From assembly GCA_002269645.1 (NCBI GenBank), contig NIVC01003740.1, positions 15,616-79,615 on the forward strand: a DNA stretch of 64,000 nucleotides, read 5' to 3'. The notes beneath the pieces are model-generated. The model was given only the letters and a program-made list of their open reading frames with translations, did no database searches and was not told the DNA's origin. Below, piece after piece: positions 61,145-64,000 of this stretch; position 1 is the first letter of the stretch; each line of letters opens with the position of its first letter. Made by a program: the position numbers and the translations under genes. The stretch is from Macrostomum lignano. Its lineage: Eukaryota.

Positions 61145-64000
61145 AAGATTTGCTTAACATAAATTATCACTTTATTGTTTATATCTATTCAAAGTTATCA
61201 GAGCTGTAAACTGAAGCTGCAGCTAGTTGAAATTATGAATTAATTATGCTGCCAGCCTGCTGATTGTGAGCTTCTGTGTGATAATTCAATCAAATAATGC
61301 TTACTCAGCTCCCCATTTTTCAGGTTTAGTATTTGTTTTGTAGAAACCAATTCTCCCATTCTGTTCAATTTGCTATCTGCGATTCAAGCAATTTATTTGA
61401 TTTTCTGTTGCTAACTGAAATGCGACTTATGAGCGTCACAATCACTTCGATTTTCGTTTGCCAATCTGTCACCATAGTAACCTGCGTACACCTGTCGTTG
61501 TAGCCGGAGTACTCAACATAAATAACTTTATCTACTGATATTAGCAACCACATTGATGTTATTAGTTTGATGCTTACTTGGCCCTGACCAGCCATGACCC
61601 TGCTAAAAAATAATTGACGTTGTGTCGCGCACAAACCATTTTGCCTACGAGTTATTACGATTTGTTAGTCTTCTGTACGAGTCAGTCAATGAATACTTAT
61701 TAGAAGCTACGAGGCACAATTCATATACTGTCGGTAATTAGTTTAAAAACGTAAAAGAATGAAGCATGAGAATAGAAAATCTGTTAACATTCTGCTAGTA
61801 CTACTTATTTCATGAGTAAGCGTAAGCGACAAGGCCAGGTGCATCTAGGAATTTAGGTAATTTTTGTTTACTACACATCGTGCTGTGTTGGCCCGCAATA
61901 TTGATCGTTATTTTATTTTCATGTAGGTTATTGATTGTTATTCTAATATGCTATCCGCTGACTGCCAGTTGTAAAAGTTGTCACCAATAACCCAAGTATA
62001 CTTGTAGTACGCAGGTGGCAATTGACTGATGCATGTAACTCCGCTCGATTCCTGTAATGCACTGTGGCTAATTTAGTCGCATTTTCAATCTGTTTTGCAG
62101 TAGCCTGGAACCCGAAACATCCGCCATGCAGGCTCGCATATTCCATCCTAACTTCAGTCGGTTCCTCATTGTAAAATGCTTAAAGATGTTCGATACTGGT
62201 GGATCCCGCTGCTTAATTAATTCATTTCGATTCCAATTGTCTGCAGGTGAAGAATGTCTGGCCAATTCTGATTATATAGTACGCGCTATTATTATTCGGC
62301 GCCAACCGTACTTGTACTAATTTGCCTCATCGTATATCAACTACAATGTATTATTCCATGATATATACTAATTAATTGATACTAAATGGCTTTTCATGCT
62401 TTCGTTGTCTGCATAAATCAATCAACTCTGCGCTTTAGCTGGCACAATGGATCTCCACTGTCGATTATAATTTGCACTAATATCACCTGTAACTCGATTC
62501 CTTGACCAACTTTCCCATTCCCTGCCCATTGAGTTTCAAGCCTGACCATCCTCAGAGAGCGCACAATTTGCCCCAAAGTTTGTTCTTTCTACAAACGGCT
62601 AAAATAATAGCGGATCGATCTGCGCGTGAATGCGTACTTCTATATCTTATTTACACGCATATACACATTTACGACATGATGGTTATATTAATAAATTGAT
62701 TTTTCTTGCGCGCTACTTTTGCGCTTCGTCGTGCGGTTTATTCATTTGGCGCATAAGTTCTCTCAGTTGATGCAAAAATTTTTTAGCTTTTTGATATTTT
62801 GCGCATCAGCGCGGGGTGTGTAGTTTCTTGTCCCTTCATATAGCTTATACATCACATGTACGAGTACATGTAGTAGTTTCTTAGTAGCGGTTCTAGGGTT
62901 TTGTAGAATAGCTTTGTTTATTGTATGTTACAAGTTGCAGATTAAAGTACTCGTGCTTTGTTTCAATGCACAATTACATGTATATCCGGGCGATAATGCA
63001 ATTCAGGATCCAGGTCCAAAAAATTACTAAAAAAATAAATCTTTCGCCAATCGGACAATTTTGCAGCTTAAATAAGCAAAAAACAACTTCAAAAAAGGCT
63101 AAAAGCCAACTACTACGTGCAATAGTTTGTTAGCTTTGATCAGGATCAATAACTCAGGACACCGTAGTATAGTGTAGTATAACATGGTGGTCCTTGAGTT
63201 AACTACTGAAGAAATCTAGGAATGTATTTTCCTCATTAATGTGGATTGTCGTGGAGGTGAGTCAAAATTGTTGTCTTTGATCGTTAATAAGCAAGAAAAG
63301 ATAATTAGGTCTAATCTAAAATTAAAATATAACAGATAATTTTTTACTTTTTTCTAAAATAAAATGCTTTGAAGATGCCAATAAATAATTAAAACATTTA
63401 TTTTGTTAAAGTCTACCAAAGATAAGAAAATTCAAAGCTTAAGTCTCTTTCGTCATAACTTTTTGTCACTACTGTTTTACTAATACTAGCTTGACACAAA
63501 AATTATTTTACAGTATCATTTATCCTGTGTGTATTCAAAATGTATTCACTCAAGGCAGTCAGCTATGTGCAGCGGACCATTCAGGCTACGTCTAAATTAT
63601 CTCCTCTCAGTGCAACGGTAAGCAACAGCAACAAGTATTAAACTTCTCAATGTTTATTCGATAGTCCGTGCTCTATAACATTTTGATTTTTGTGATTGTG
63701 GGGGAAGAGCCAGCGAACTAGCCACGAAGGTACCATGGTGAACGGCGAAGTGCAAGCAGAATGAAAGGAATCTGATGTCTAATTGCTAATACTACTTGAG
63801 TCTACTCTAAAGTCTGTTAAACTAATAACTTGGATTAAGGGTTCAAAGGCTTTAGTTTAGATGGCCCTAGTTGAAAAAAATCTATACTTTAAAATTTGAA
63901 ATATGCCTATTAGACCGATTGCATATGCTTTTGTTGTATATTTTCCATTTCATTCATAATATAATAATTTAAATTTACTTAAAAGGCCTAGTTTTGTAAA

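Overview
Eukaryotic (metazoan) genomic DNA with GT-AG introns. It has GC-rich coding exons, AT-rich spacers and a very high density of 16-49 bp minisatellites. This style suggests a flatworm such as Macrostomum, but that is inference only. Six protein-coding loci were reconstructed by hand: AP-3 mu subunit (+, first exon not found), a ZNF384/ZNF362/lin-29-like C2H2 factor (+), glycine-cleavage T protein AMT (+), NME7 (-), a frameshifted intronless FkbM-type methyltransferase (+) and a classical dynamin (+, about 23 kb). DNA-transposon traces include two hAT-type MITEs with 8-bp TSDs, a Tc1-like deletion derivative, a 1.67-kb foldback element, a TA-flanked MITE and a THAP/P-like relic. The main oddities are: (i) a diverged tandem duplicate of the dynamin GED/stalk exon; (ii) candidate alternative terminal exons of dynamin; (iii) nearly CpG-free domains at the 5' ends of genes; (iv) intron-specific minisatellites running up to splice sites, many sharing a GGGATY core; (v) several probable single-base indels that may be assembly errors. 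All counts were made by eye.
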